A DNA stretch of 64,000 bases, taken from the NCBI RefSeq assembly GCF_006345805.1, contig NC_043003.1:19840001-19904000 (forward strand). Reading direction: 5' to 3'. Position 1 is the first letter of the stretch, and every line of letters starts with the position of its first letter. The position numbers and the translations under genes are program-made. This document shows, one piece after another, positions 53,848-64,000 of this stretch. Origin of the DNA: Octopus sinensis. Its lineage: Eukaryota. Under the pieces are notes generated by a model that saw only the letters and a list, made by a program, of their open reading frames with translations, searched no databases and was not told where the DNA came from.

Positions 53848-54333
53848 TAGGAGACACTTAACCAAGGTGTCACGCAGTGGGTCTGAACCCAGAACCATAT
53901 GTTTGGGAAGCAAGCTTCTTACCAGATAGCCACGCATGCGTCTATGTAAAAAGTATAAGACGGTCATGGTTGGAATCCAGAATACCTTCGATTATAGATT
54001 TTCTCGATTATAGTTGGAATGGAATCATTCCAACTAATCTTGGTGAAGTGTCGTGTTAGTAACTTAAAAGAAATCAAGACTTTTCTATTTTTACTAGTAT
54101 CAGGTAAAGCAGAGAAAGGGAGAAAGAGAGAGAGAGAAAGAGAGAGAGAGAGAAAGAGAAAGAGAGAGAGAGAGAGAGAAAAAGAGAGAGAGAGAAAGAG
54201 AAAGAGAGAGAGAGAGAGAGAAAAAGAGAGAGAGAGAAAGAGAGAGAGAGAGAAAGAGAGAGAATGAATGAGAGGGAAAGAGAGTAAAAGAGAGATACAG
54301 AGAGAATCAATATAAGTAGTTCAGGAAGAGTGC
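53848..54333. repeat. Local duplication, copy 2
   Basis: See 50247. Confidence 0.9.
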
Positions 54334-56090
54334 GTCTCCCAGTGGATTATTCTGGAGACATTATTGTATCTTCATTTGTATACATTGGACCAGCTTCCCG
54401 CATTCATTCCAATATAGCATGCAGTGTCACCTTTATCACCGCAATCCTTTCACTTCTCTGTACTGTCTATCCTGTACTGTCTGCTGTACTGTCGATCCTG
54501 TATTTGGTATAATTTGTCCCAAGTGTTTGTTCCTGCTCAGCAGATAAGCGATTCTCTCTTTGGCTTCAAGTCACTCTTCCTTTGTCAGTGCCGCCTTCTA
54601 CGGGCGTCTGAATTTCGATTCAAAACTGTCTCTACGTAAGTTTTCTATTCCGTTTTCTTTCGTCTTCACTCTTTTTTTTTCTTTCTAATCCTTTGTCTCC
54701 TCATAAGTGTCTATCCTGACTATACCAGGTATTTTCATCTGCATCAGCAAAGGCTCTATGATACTCTTTATACACCACCCCAATTTATTTTCTTCTGAGC
54801 ATATACAACTTTCACAACTGGTTTTCCCTCAGCCATTTTTGTGCCTGGTTAGGTACAGCCTATCAAGGAGTCGAATGCATCGTGCGTTGTGAATAGTCTT
54901 CTCGATCTTTGGTCCAGCCTCTGTAGCACCTCTTTCTTTTAATTGGTAATACTTTTACCATACCTCAATAATGCAAACGCCCATGTATTGGTTGCTTGAA
55001 ACTTATTTCTTCCATTCAGTTTTGACAGCAGCATCAATCTAAGTCTTCGGAAGTAACCTCTGTAATCCATCATTTCATTCGCCTCCAATATGTACAGGTA
55101 TTTACAGCCACTAATATCAATTCTTTTCATGACTTCCCCGATGGCAATTCCACACCAATTCTATTGCCTTCACCTCTCATCAGGATTATTAGTAAACGTT
55201 TTTTCCTTGGCCAGATTCCATTTTGATGTCCTTGTTAAAACAATGAACTATCTTCGCTAAAGAAACTGACGTAAGCTTCTTCCTTCCCGTACGGCTTGAG
55301 GTCATATGTAAATATTAGATAGTTGATCTTTTTCTGTCTTCCTTTAAAATCATATCTAGATGTTACTTTTCTCAATAGCAATGTTAAAGGAATTATGCAT
55401 AAAACATATAAAGGAGACACGCTGTCCCTCTGAAAGATTCCTATCTTGATTCTTAATATTCCTTGATTCTGTCCTTATGACGTGGGCTCAGTGTTCCTTC
55501 TTCCCATGCTTTTTCTAAAGGAACCATTCATGACATTCTTTGCAATCCCAAATATATTCAAGCATTCAATGATCCATTAACTTGGTATCATGTCATAGGC
55601 CTTGCGTTAATCTATCCAGGTCATTGCTAAATTTGTCTTCCTTCGCTTACTGTCTTTCATCACCATTTTATCTATGAGCAACTGATCTTTAGTTCCCTTG
55701 CAATTCCGTTTACAACCCTTTTGTCTAACAAGTAGAATTCCATTATCATCATGGAATGTATATATTCCATCAGCGATTATTCCAGTGAGTAACTTTCACA
55801 TCAGTGGAAGGCATGTTATGGGTTTGTAATTATGCACAGAATTTTCCTTTCTGAAGCATCCGTCAAACACACAAACGGTTCGCCCAGTAGTTGCCCAATC
55901 AAGAATCTTTTCAGTCCCGTTGATCAGTGCATTAAGCTGTTCCGCTATTCTTTTATGGCATTCTGTCAGTTTCTTTATCCAATAACCTGAACGCCATCTG
56001 GTCAAGCTACTTTCCAATTACCCATCTTCCTACTTGCTAGTTACACATTCTCTTTTCCAATGCCAATTTATTTCTGCTGTGATTTTAAAA
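54334..56090 (-). mobile_element. R4/Dong-like (RLE clade) LINE fragment: RT to CCHC region
   Basis: GYWIKKLTECHKRIAEQLN..NYKPITCLPLM, WID*RKAYDMIP, FQRDSVSP, KINYLIFTYDLK, YKYL.ILEA..KLNGRNKFQATNTWA, EQEQTLGTNYTKYRID; many stops and frameshifts. Confidence 0.85.
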
Positions 56091-56117
56091 TTATTATTGT
56101 TGTTGTTGTTGTTGTTA

Positions 56118-56183
<66 letters not shown>

Positions 56184-56396
56184 GGCAGCGAGCTGGCAGA
56201 ATCGTTAACACTCCGGGCGAAATGTTTAGCGGTATTTCGTCTGCTGCTACGTTCTGAGCTCAAATTCTGCCGAGGTCGACTTTGTCTTTCATCCTTTCGG
56301 GGGTTGTTAAAATTAGTACTAGTTACGCATTGGGGTCGATGTAATCGACTTAATCCCTTCCCCCTAATTTCAGGCCTTGTGTTTCCAGTAGAAAGG

Positions 56397-56435
<39 letters not shown>

Positions 56436-56460
56436 TTATTATTATTATTATTATTATTTT
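56184..56460 (+). mobile_element. SINE family A, tail ii with (ATT)n
   Basis: Full head and core; tail caggccttgtgtttccagtagaaagggttattatt. Confidence 0.88.
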
Positions 56461-56690
56461 ATGTTTGACTTTTGCTTTATATTTGTACAAGTTGGCTCCA
56501 AGTCTCACCCAGAGACCTCAAGAGACAACAGGTTGGAAGTTCCTGTTATGTCTAGCGTGCCATATATTTGTTTTTTTCTAGTGTTGTACTAGTGAATGTC
56601 TAAAAAAAAACATACGAAAATTATGTTTGTTTTAAAACTTGAGATTACATAGAAAGTATTTTGCGTAGGATATGAGCAGTTCCTATGAGC
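56455..56690 (-). mobile_element. LINE 3' UTR fragment ending in (AAT)n
   Basis: Minus strand ..gtctcttgaggtctctgggtgagacttggagcc..aaagtcaaacataaaataataat; R4-like assignment inferred from context. Confidence 0.5.
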
Positions 56691-56691
56691 A

Positions 56692-56733
<42 letters not shown>

Positions 56734-56734
56734 A

Positions 56735-56955
56735 GCAGCCAGCACTGGTAAAATCTTTAGCGAGTCAGACAAAATGTTAAACGGCATTTCTATCAGCCCT
56801 TTACATTCTGGATTCAAATTCCGCCGTGGTCGACTTTGCCTTTCATCCTTTCAGGACCGATGAAAGAAATAGCAGTTACGTACTGGGGCCGATGTAATCG
56901 ACTTACCACCTCCCCTCAAATTTCAGTCCTTGTGCCTATAGTAGAAAGAATTATT
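56735..56955 (+). mobile_element. SINE family A, tail ii
   Basis: Core ttcaaattccgccgtggtcgactttgcctttcatcc. Confidence 0.8.
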
Positions 56956-57022
56956 ATTATCATCATCATTATCATCGTCGTCGTCGTCGTCCTCCTCCTC
57001 CTCCTCCTCCTCCTCCTCCTCC

Positions 57023-57049
<27 letters not shown>

Positions 57050-57053
<4 letters not shown>

Positions 57054-57930
57054 TATTGTTTTATTTCTCAGAGCGCTCGGTCTTCTTTGCTCTGGTAGAT
57101 TCTTTGAGAGCGGACAGAAGCCTGCTATCAGAGGTCTCATAGGGTCACCTTTCGCACATTATAAGCTTTGATACTTGGTTGTTAATTATCGTGGGGGACA
57201 TTCAACATCCAAGCAGCAGTCTCAAAATCTTCGCTGACCCCAGCAAAGCAGTTTTTTGTGCTTTCTCTGCTCTCGTGTAATTTCCAATTTCTTTGACATA
57301 TTTCTCGAACCTGACTGTTAGTGCTCCGATTGCCCCTACAACTACTGGAATGACAGACACTCTCCTCATAGTCCATATTCTTGCACTTTCGTCTTTTAGT
57401 AGTCTGTACTTTTAAATCTTTTCTAGTTCTTTGTCATGCGTGCATCCCTAATGATTGCAATATCTATAATATCGATTTCCTTTTTTCCTTTATCTACCAC
57501 AACAATATCTAGTCTCCGAGCGTCGATTAGGGAGTCACAATGGATTGTAAAATCCCACAGTCTCTTATATTCCTTGTTCTCGGTGATTCCTTTTGGCTCA
57601 CGTTTGTACCATTTCCGTGCTCTGTCCAGACCGTACTTTTCACATAGCTTCCAGTGGGCGAACTTAGCTATGTTACAGTGTTTCCTTTTGTAGTGCTTTT
57701 GGGCCAGCTTGCTACACTCACTCACAATATGTGAAATTGTTTCTTTTTTGCTTCTACACATCCTACAAAGGGACGATTCGCTGCTCTTATCTATTTGGAA
57801 CTTGGTGTAATTAGCTCTCAGAGCTTTTCCTGGGCACTGCATGACAATGCCTCAACGCATCCTTTCAGATCACTTTTTCTTAGCCATCTCCAAGTGTATC
57901 AACAAAATCAAAGGAAATTACATTCTTCTT
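57050..57930 (-). mobile_element. R4/Dong-like LINE 3' part (CCHC plus restriction-like endonuclease)
   Basis: LCRMCRSKKETISHIVSECSKLAQKHYKRKH..HWKLC..LWDFTIHCD..RRLDIVVVDK..IIDIAI, then KYRLLKDE..KNMDY..VIPVVVGAIG. Confidence 0.88.
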
Positions 57931-57964
57931 CTTCTTCTCTTCTCTTCTTCTTCTTCTACGTTTA

Positions 57965-58497
57965 TGGTTCAAATCCCGCCGAGGTCGACTTTGCCTCTCA
58001 TCCTTTCGATAAATTAAGTAGCAGTTGCGTACTAATTGACTGGCCCTCTCCCACAAAATTTCAGCCCTTTTGTCTATAGCAGAAAGGATTATTATTATTA
58101 TTATTATTAGTAGTAAGGCGGTGAGCTGGCAGAAACGTTAGCACGCCGGGCGAACTGCTTAGCGGTATTTCGTCTGTCGTTACGTTCTCAGTTCAAATTC
58201 CGCCGAGGTCGACCTTTGCCTTTCATCCTTTCGGGGGTCGATAAATTAAGTACCAGTTACGCACGCACTGGGGTTGATATAATCGACTTAATCCGTTTGT
58301 CTCTCCTTGTTTGTCGACTCTATGTTTAGCCTCTTGTGGGTAGTAAAGAAATAGGTATTTTGCTCATCGATGCGTTCTGAGTTCAAATTTCGCTGACGTC
58401 GACTTCGCTTTTCATCCTTTTGGGATCGATAAACTAAGCACCAGGGAAACACTGTGGTCGATGTAATAATTGCTGCCCTTGTGGCAAAATTTGAAGC

Positions 58498-58500
<3 letters not shown>
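57965..58500 (+). mobile_element. Three adjacent family A SINEs
   Basis: 57965-58090 tail ii; 58116-58352 tail i; 58353-58498 degenerate remainder, tail ii. Confidence 0.85.
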
Positions 58501-58548
<48 letters not shown>

Positions 58549-59242
58549 CTTCTTTTACATTAAAAAAACGGGCCAAATGAAATATGCTGGACTGCTGATC
58601 AAATCAACCGAACATCCATTCTCCCCAAGAATTGTGACCGAAGGCTATAATAGAAATCATTATTCTTTAAAACAGTGCTACTGTCCGTTCTTACGATGTA
58701 ACTAACCATATTACTTGATCCATGCACACAGCCGCTCCTTCTTCCACCACATCTATAAACACACATCATTATCTCATCTTCGACATCCATTTCCGTTTTC
58801 ATAACGAATGGTCTAAAATTTCTTTCAAAGAAATTTTCTGTATTCAAAACTAGTCAATCCACTTTGGTCGTTGTTCATTTAATGAAGCTGGCGACCACGG
58901 TAAGATCATCAGCTTCATTAGATTTAATATTGCATCATCTGGTTAAATCATCATTAATTTGTGAAATGCATGTCTTTCGTAAGACTGCATCAAAGCGATG
59001 AAGCTTTGCAACATTAATTTTGAATAGCCAATGGTATATTTGTTCATGCCAAACTTTGTCCAATCAAAATCAATGTCTTTTCGTGCGTAGGCGATGAATT
59101 AGCAGAATTGAAAAAGCGTCGATCGGAATGCTTCCTTGCATTTTTCGGAGTTTCGGTCTTCTGAGTTCAATTTCAGCTGACGTCAGCTAAATAATTGTTA
59201 CTTTTTTTTTCTAACCTTTTGGGGGTAGATTAAAGTATATCT

Positions 59243-59474
59243 ATTTCTTTACTACCCACAAGGGGCTAAACACAGAGAGGACAATCAAGGACAGACAAAG
59301 GGATTAAGTCGATTACATCGACCCCAGTGTGTAACTGGTACTTAATTTATCGACCCCGAAAGGATGAAAGGCAAAGTCGACCTCGGTGGAATTTGAACTC
59401 CGAACGTAACGGCAGACGAAATACTGCTAAGCATTTCGCCCGGCGTGCTAATGTTTCTACCAGGTCGTCGCCTT
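59243..59474 (-). mobile_element. SINE family A, tail i, nested in an older SINE
   Basis: 14-bp TSD gattaaagtatatc at 59228 and 59483. Confidence 0.9.
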
Positions 59475-59609
59475 CCGGGGTTGATTAAAGTATATCAAGC
59501 CAAAGCGGTGGATTGGCGGAACTGGAAAGACGTCGAAGTGGATGTCTTTCTGTATTTGTTCCGGCGTTTGTGTTCTGAGTTTAAATCCCGCCATAGCTGG
59601 AAGACGAGC

Positions 59610-59845
59610 TGTTGCTCATGCATACCAGCCTCCCCTCTTCATGCCTCTGATGTTATCCAAGGGAAAGGCAAAGGCCGATAGAACTTGGCACCAGTGACAT
59701 CGCAACTCATTTCTACAGCTGAGTGAACTGAAGCAACGTGAAATAAAGTGTCTTGCTCAAGAAAACAACACAGCCCGGTCCGGGAATCGAACTTACTACT
59801 TCATGATTGTGAGTCTGACGCCCTAACCACTGATCCAAGCGCCTA
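59610..59845 (-). mobile_element. CORE-like tRNA SINE
   Basis: Minus strand cttgagcaagacactttatttcacgttgcttcagttcactcagctgtagaaatgagttgc after a tRNA head. Confidence 0.75.
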
Positions 59846-60354
59846 AGGACAGCTACCTTACAGCATTTAATTGTCACTTTTCCCGCTCTAATTTGAAACC
59901 GCATTATTGTGAGCCCGGCACTCTAACCACTGAGCCTGGCGCCTTCATTATTAGATAAAAATTTATAATTACATTCTCGAATTACCAATAATAACTTCCG
60001 ATAGTAACACATTGCATTCTTCTTAGCTATCAAATCTGAATAGTTTACGCTTGATGCAGGTTCTGATAGACTTGCGCAATTTCTCCATTTAATTAAGCCG
60101 TAGGTAAAAATACACGTCAGTTATGAAGAATTGAAAAGAAATTCAGGCATGTAATTAATTGTACGTTTAAGTTTTTATATATGTCATTAGTGTATTTTCC
60201 TCAAATTTTGCTTCTTTCTATTTAAAAATTCTCTTCAGCCAAAATTAGGCAATCGAAGTTTGATAAACCATTTCCAGCAAACAACGGGGAAGGAAGGGAA
60301 GAAAATGTACGTATTATGCATAATACATGTTAATATTATGCGAATACATGTAAG

Positions 60355-60658
60355 GTGGCGAGCTTGGTAGAAAATTCACTGCTTCAGGCAGAATGCTTAG
60401 CGGCATTTCGCCCGTCTTTACGTTCTGAGTACTGGGGCCGATGTCATCGACTTACTCCCTCCTCTGAAATTGCTGGCCTTGTGCCAAAATTTCAAAGCAA
60501 ACCCCGGCGGAATTTGAACTCAGAGGTCGACTTTGCCTTTTCGGGGTCGATAAATTAAGTACCAGTTACGCACTGGAGTCGATGTAATCGACTTAATCCG
60601 TTTGTCTGTCCTTGTTTGTCCCCTCTGTGTTTAGCCCCTTGTGGGTAGTAAAGAAATA
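60355..60658 (+). mobile_element. Composite family A SINE fragments
   Basis: Degenerate tail ii copy followed by a near-consensus tail i 3' half. Confidence 0.8.
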
Positions 60659-60716
<58 letters not shown>

Positions 60717-60719
60717 TAT

Positions 60720-61115
60720 TGTCTTTGCGCAGCTTCTAACGCTGGAGATCCGCCGCTTTCCATTGGTCGGTCCGGAAGGGTAGGCAATTTTCCTCTGTCT
60801 GATAGCAGTAGCGAAAGAGGTTGTATGGTGGACCAGGTTGGAAAGACTGAGGACTAACTTTTCTCTTCGGCCAATCCCTCATCAACTTTTTCAAATTTCA
60901 CTTGGAAAGGAAGATGAGAGTTGAGAGAGAAGTGCTGCCTGCCAGTATCATCTGATAAAAGGTGGGTGAATTTAGCGAAAATGGCCGTGTGAGTGGACCT
61001 ACTCTAATAATACACCTGAAGGTTAGTGAATTTGAGAGGCAGAAGGGTGTCCTTCCCGGATGCCCTCGAAGTGGTTCAGGATTGGTCGGGTATCTGAGCA
61101 AACTCCAAGTGGTTA
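60720..61115 (+). mobile_element. Tx1/L1-like ORF2 C-terminal fragment
   Basis: AIFLCLIAVAKEVVWWTRL..GQSLINFFKFHLERKMRVEREVL..RWVNLAKM resembles the Tx1-type C-terminus (from memory). Confidence 0.5.
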
Positions 61116-61129
61116 CGCGCCCTCTATTA

Positions 61130-61565
61130 TTTTATTCTTTTACTTGTTTCAGTCATTTGACTGCGGCCATGCTGGAACACCGCCTTTAGTAAGCCTAGTA
61201 CTTATTCTATCGGTCTCTTTTGAGAACACCGCCTTTGTAACCTAGTACTTATTCTATCGGTCTCTTTTGCCGAACCACTAATGTTACGGGGACGTAAACA
61301 CACCAGCATCGGTTGTCAAGCGATGTTGTGTGGGGGGAAAACAGACACACAAACATATACACACGCACACACACATATATACATATATATACATATATAC
61401 GACATGCTTCTTTCAGTTTCCGTCTAATCAAATCCACTCACAAAGCTTTGGTCGACCCGAGGCTATAGCAGAAGTCACTTTCCCAAGGTGCCACGCAGTG
61501 GGACTGAACCCGGAACCATGTGGTTGGTAAGCAAACTACTTACCACACAGTCACTCCTACGCCTA
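61130..61565 (-). mobile_element. SINE family B with a small internal duplication
   Basis: Full head and tail; gaacaccgcctt..tagtacttattctatcggtctcttttg duplicated at 61175-61270. Confidence 0.85.
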
Positions 61566-62183
61566 TTCTATATATAGATATTACAAATTACAATCTTAAT
61601 CTATTATGTGACGGTATTATACAAGAAATCTAGGCTTTCAAAATAAAACCGAGAAACTAAGCAATTCTATATAAAACACCCACGCATACACACACTACAA
61701 TCGATCTTACTCTTCATTCTTCGACGTCATACAATTCAGACACAATATTTTAACTCTTTCACGCACACACACAGAAACCATCATTAGGAGAGACGAGAAA
61801 GTACTCAACGCTTTCTTGGTTTTCAATAAGTACAGATATCAAAAGAAATAACACAATAGACCTCTCACGAAACTCTTTTCACGCCATAAACATATTCACA
61901 CTAACACGCACATACAGGCCTCACCAAGCCAAATGCAGACATCGCCTTCTGCTTCATACACCTAGCTAAACCAATCACTTACCTGTGATAACTAGGTGTC
62001 CTTCAAACTTTTCGGATCTTCTACGAATTAGCGTCACAGTGCACACACCAATGAAGAAAGCAAACCCCATTACAAGCTTCAAAAAGAACACAAAGGAACA
62101 ATTATAATAAGAAACAGAATCAAGATTTTTCAGAATTCAATAATAGTCAATCATACGCATAAATACTGCAGTATATACATAAT

Positions 62184-62494
62184 TGTGGAGGCGCACTGGC
62201 CCAGTGGTTAGGGCAGCGGACTCGCGGTCGGAGGATCGCGGTTTCGATTCCCAGACCGGGCGTTGTGTGTGTTTATTGAGCGAAAACACCTAAAAGCTCC
62301 ACGAGGCACCGGCAGGGGATGGTGGTGACCCCTGTCGTACTCTTTCGCCACAACTTTCTCTCACTCTCTCTTCCTGTCTCTTGAGTAATGCTGCGATGGA
62401 CTGGCGTCCCGTCCAGCTGGAGGAGGGGGAACACATACGTCACAGAAACCGGGAAACCGGGCTCAGGAGCCTGGCTAGGCTTGAAAAGGGCGAC
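62184..62494 (+). mobile_element. SINE family C, full length
   Basis: A box tggcccagtgg, B box ggtttcgattccc; gctgcgatggactggcgtcccgtccag..gaaaccgggaaaccggg (V/Meta-like). Confidence 0.88.
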
Positions 62495-62816
62495 GTTTAT
62501 CGTATCGTTATATACATAATTATAGACGCTGTGAAAAATACATTACAAAGCAAGAAAAAAATTACAACCGTAATTATATACAAGAAATAAACAATCTCAT
62601 AAAAATCGGACGTAATTTCGGACACAATTCATCAAGAACACCTATAATCAAGAAAGGAAAAAAAAAAGACCATAGACAAAATCCTTCAGAAAAATGGCCG
62701 ACCTTTGCAGCCAAAGTATGGTACTAAGAAACAATTACGCATTATACTGAATAAATTGCAGTATTAAAAGCGCACGAATGATCCTACCACATCTCATTTC
62801 AGTATAATATTTTCAA

Positions 62817-63730
62817 AAGGCGGCGAACTGGCAGAAACGTTAGAACGCCGGGCGAAATGTCCAGCGGATTTTCGTCTGCCGCTTCGTTCTGCGTAACTGG
62901 AACTTAATTTATCGACCCCGAAAGGATGAAAGGCAAAGTCGACCTCGGTGGAATTTGAACTCAGAACGTAACGGCAGACGAAATACGGTTACGCATTTCG
63001 CCTGGCGTGCTAACGATTCTGCCAGCTCACCTCAGTCCATAAATATATTGATTTCAAATTTTAGCACAAAGCCGAAAATCTTGTGGGAGGGGCTAGGTCG
63101 ATTACATCGACCCCAGTACTAACTGCTACTTATTTTATAGATCCCGAACGGTAAAGTCGACCTCAGCAGAATTTGAACTCAGAATGCTAAGACGGGCGAA
63201 ATGTCACAAAACATTTTGCCCGGCATGCTAACGAATCTACCTGCTCATCGCCTTATGAACAATGATAATAATAATCCTTACTACTATAGACACAAGGCCT
63301 GCAATTTTGGGGAAGGGGTCTAGTCGATTACATCGACCCCAGTGCGTAACTGGTACTTATTTTATCGACACCGAAAGGAGGATGAACGGCAAAGTCTACC
63401 TCGGCTGAACGGCAAAGTCTAACCCAGAACGTAAGGACAGCCGAAATTCTACTAAGCATTTTGCTCGTAGTGCTAACGATTCTACCAGCACGTCGCCTTA
63501 TGAACAATGATAATAATAAAGTGGATAAAAAGGTCACGTAAGCACACCGGGCAAATTACTTAGCTGTATTTCGTCTTCACGTTTTGAGTTCAAATTCCGC
63601 CGCGGTCGACTTTACTTTTCATCCTTTCGGGCTCGATAAATTAAGTGCTAGTTGCGTAGTGGGGTCGATCTAATCGACTGGCCCCGTCTCCAGAAATTTC
63701 CGTTCTTGTGCCGAGAGTAGAAAAGAATAA
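62817..63730. mobile_element. Cluster of family A SINEs in both orientations
   Basis: + head 62817-62892; - copies 62893-63035, 63050-63255 and 63290-63500; + copy 63530-63730. Confidence 0.85.
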
Positions 63731-63789
63731 TAAAGCAGGTAAAGCTATGCTAGTTCTTTCTTCTAGAAACTATAGATTCCATATAAATT

Positions 63790-64000
63790 AATTGAATGTT
63801 AAGTGAACTGGAGAGCGTATTTAGGAAAACCAGGAAATTACTAACTGAATAACGAATCCATCATCCCAAGGTGACTTAGATAGCGTACACATATCACTCA
63901 AAAATTAAGAGGCTTAATGCAAATAGAAAATGTCTACAAAGCGAGTACAGTGAGTTCAAAAAAGTACTTAAAGAGAGAAAAGTTAGATTGATTATAAGGG
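63790..64000 (+). mobile_element. R4/Dong-like LINE fragment, post-RT region
   Basis: RKTRKLLTE*RIHHPK, then after frameshifts ..GLMQIENVYK..KYLK. Confidence 0.55.

Noticed and set aside
58560-59090. 82-aa ORF and neighbouring coding-like sequence (minus)
   Set aside because: Stops and frameshifts on both sides, and no family recognised.
60204-60246. CTGAAGA..GAAA with a 7-bp outer stem (minus)
   Set aside because: No NUH triplet and a weak AT-only stem II.

Overview
AT-rich, microsatellite-dense animal DNA, most likely octopus/coleoid cephalopod (inferred from the SINE families and repeat landscape). I recognise no host protein-coding gene, and most entries in the ORF track are microsatellite translations. 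The window is essentially retroelement and DNA-transposon debris: several tRNA-derived SINE families, mariner/Tc1/maT/hAT/pogo-like/Helitron remnants, RTE, CR1/L2-like, Tx1-like and R4/Dong-like LINE fragments, and two Penelope-like elements (PLEs), one near-complete with RT, GIY-YIG and inverted pseudo-LTRs. The main unexpected signal is about a dozen type I hammerhead ribozyme motifs, found by eye. They include canonical C3-G8 cores and compensatory U3-A8 and G3-C8 variants, mostly with palindromic stem III (dimer type). They sit in a tRNA-headed SINE, in 351-bp and 481-bp circularly permuted units, in foldback mini-elements and in the PLE pseudo-LTRs. This points to a diverse PLE-dependent, retrozyme-like mobile RNA population. 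All folds were paired manually and none has been tested.
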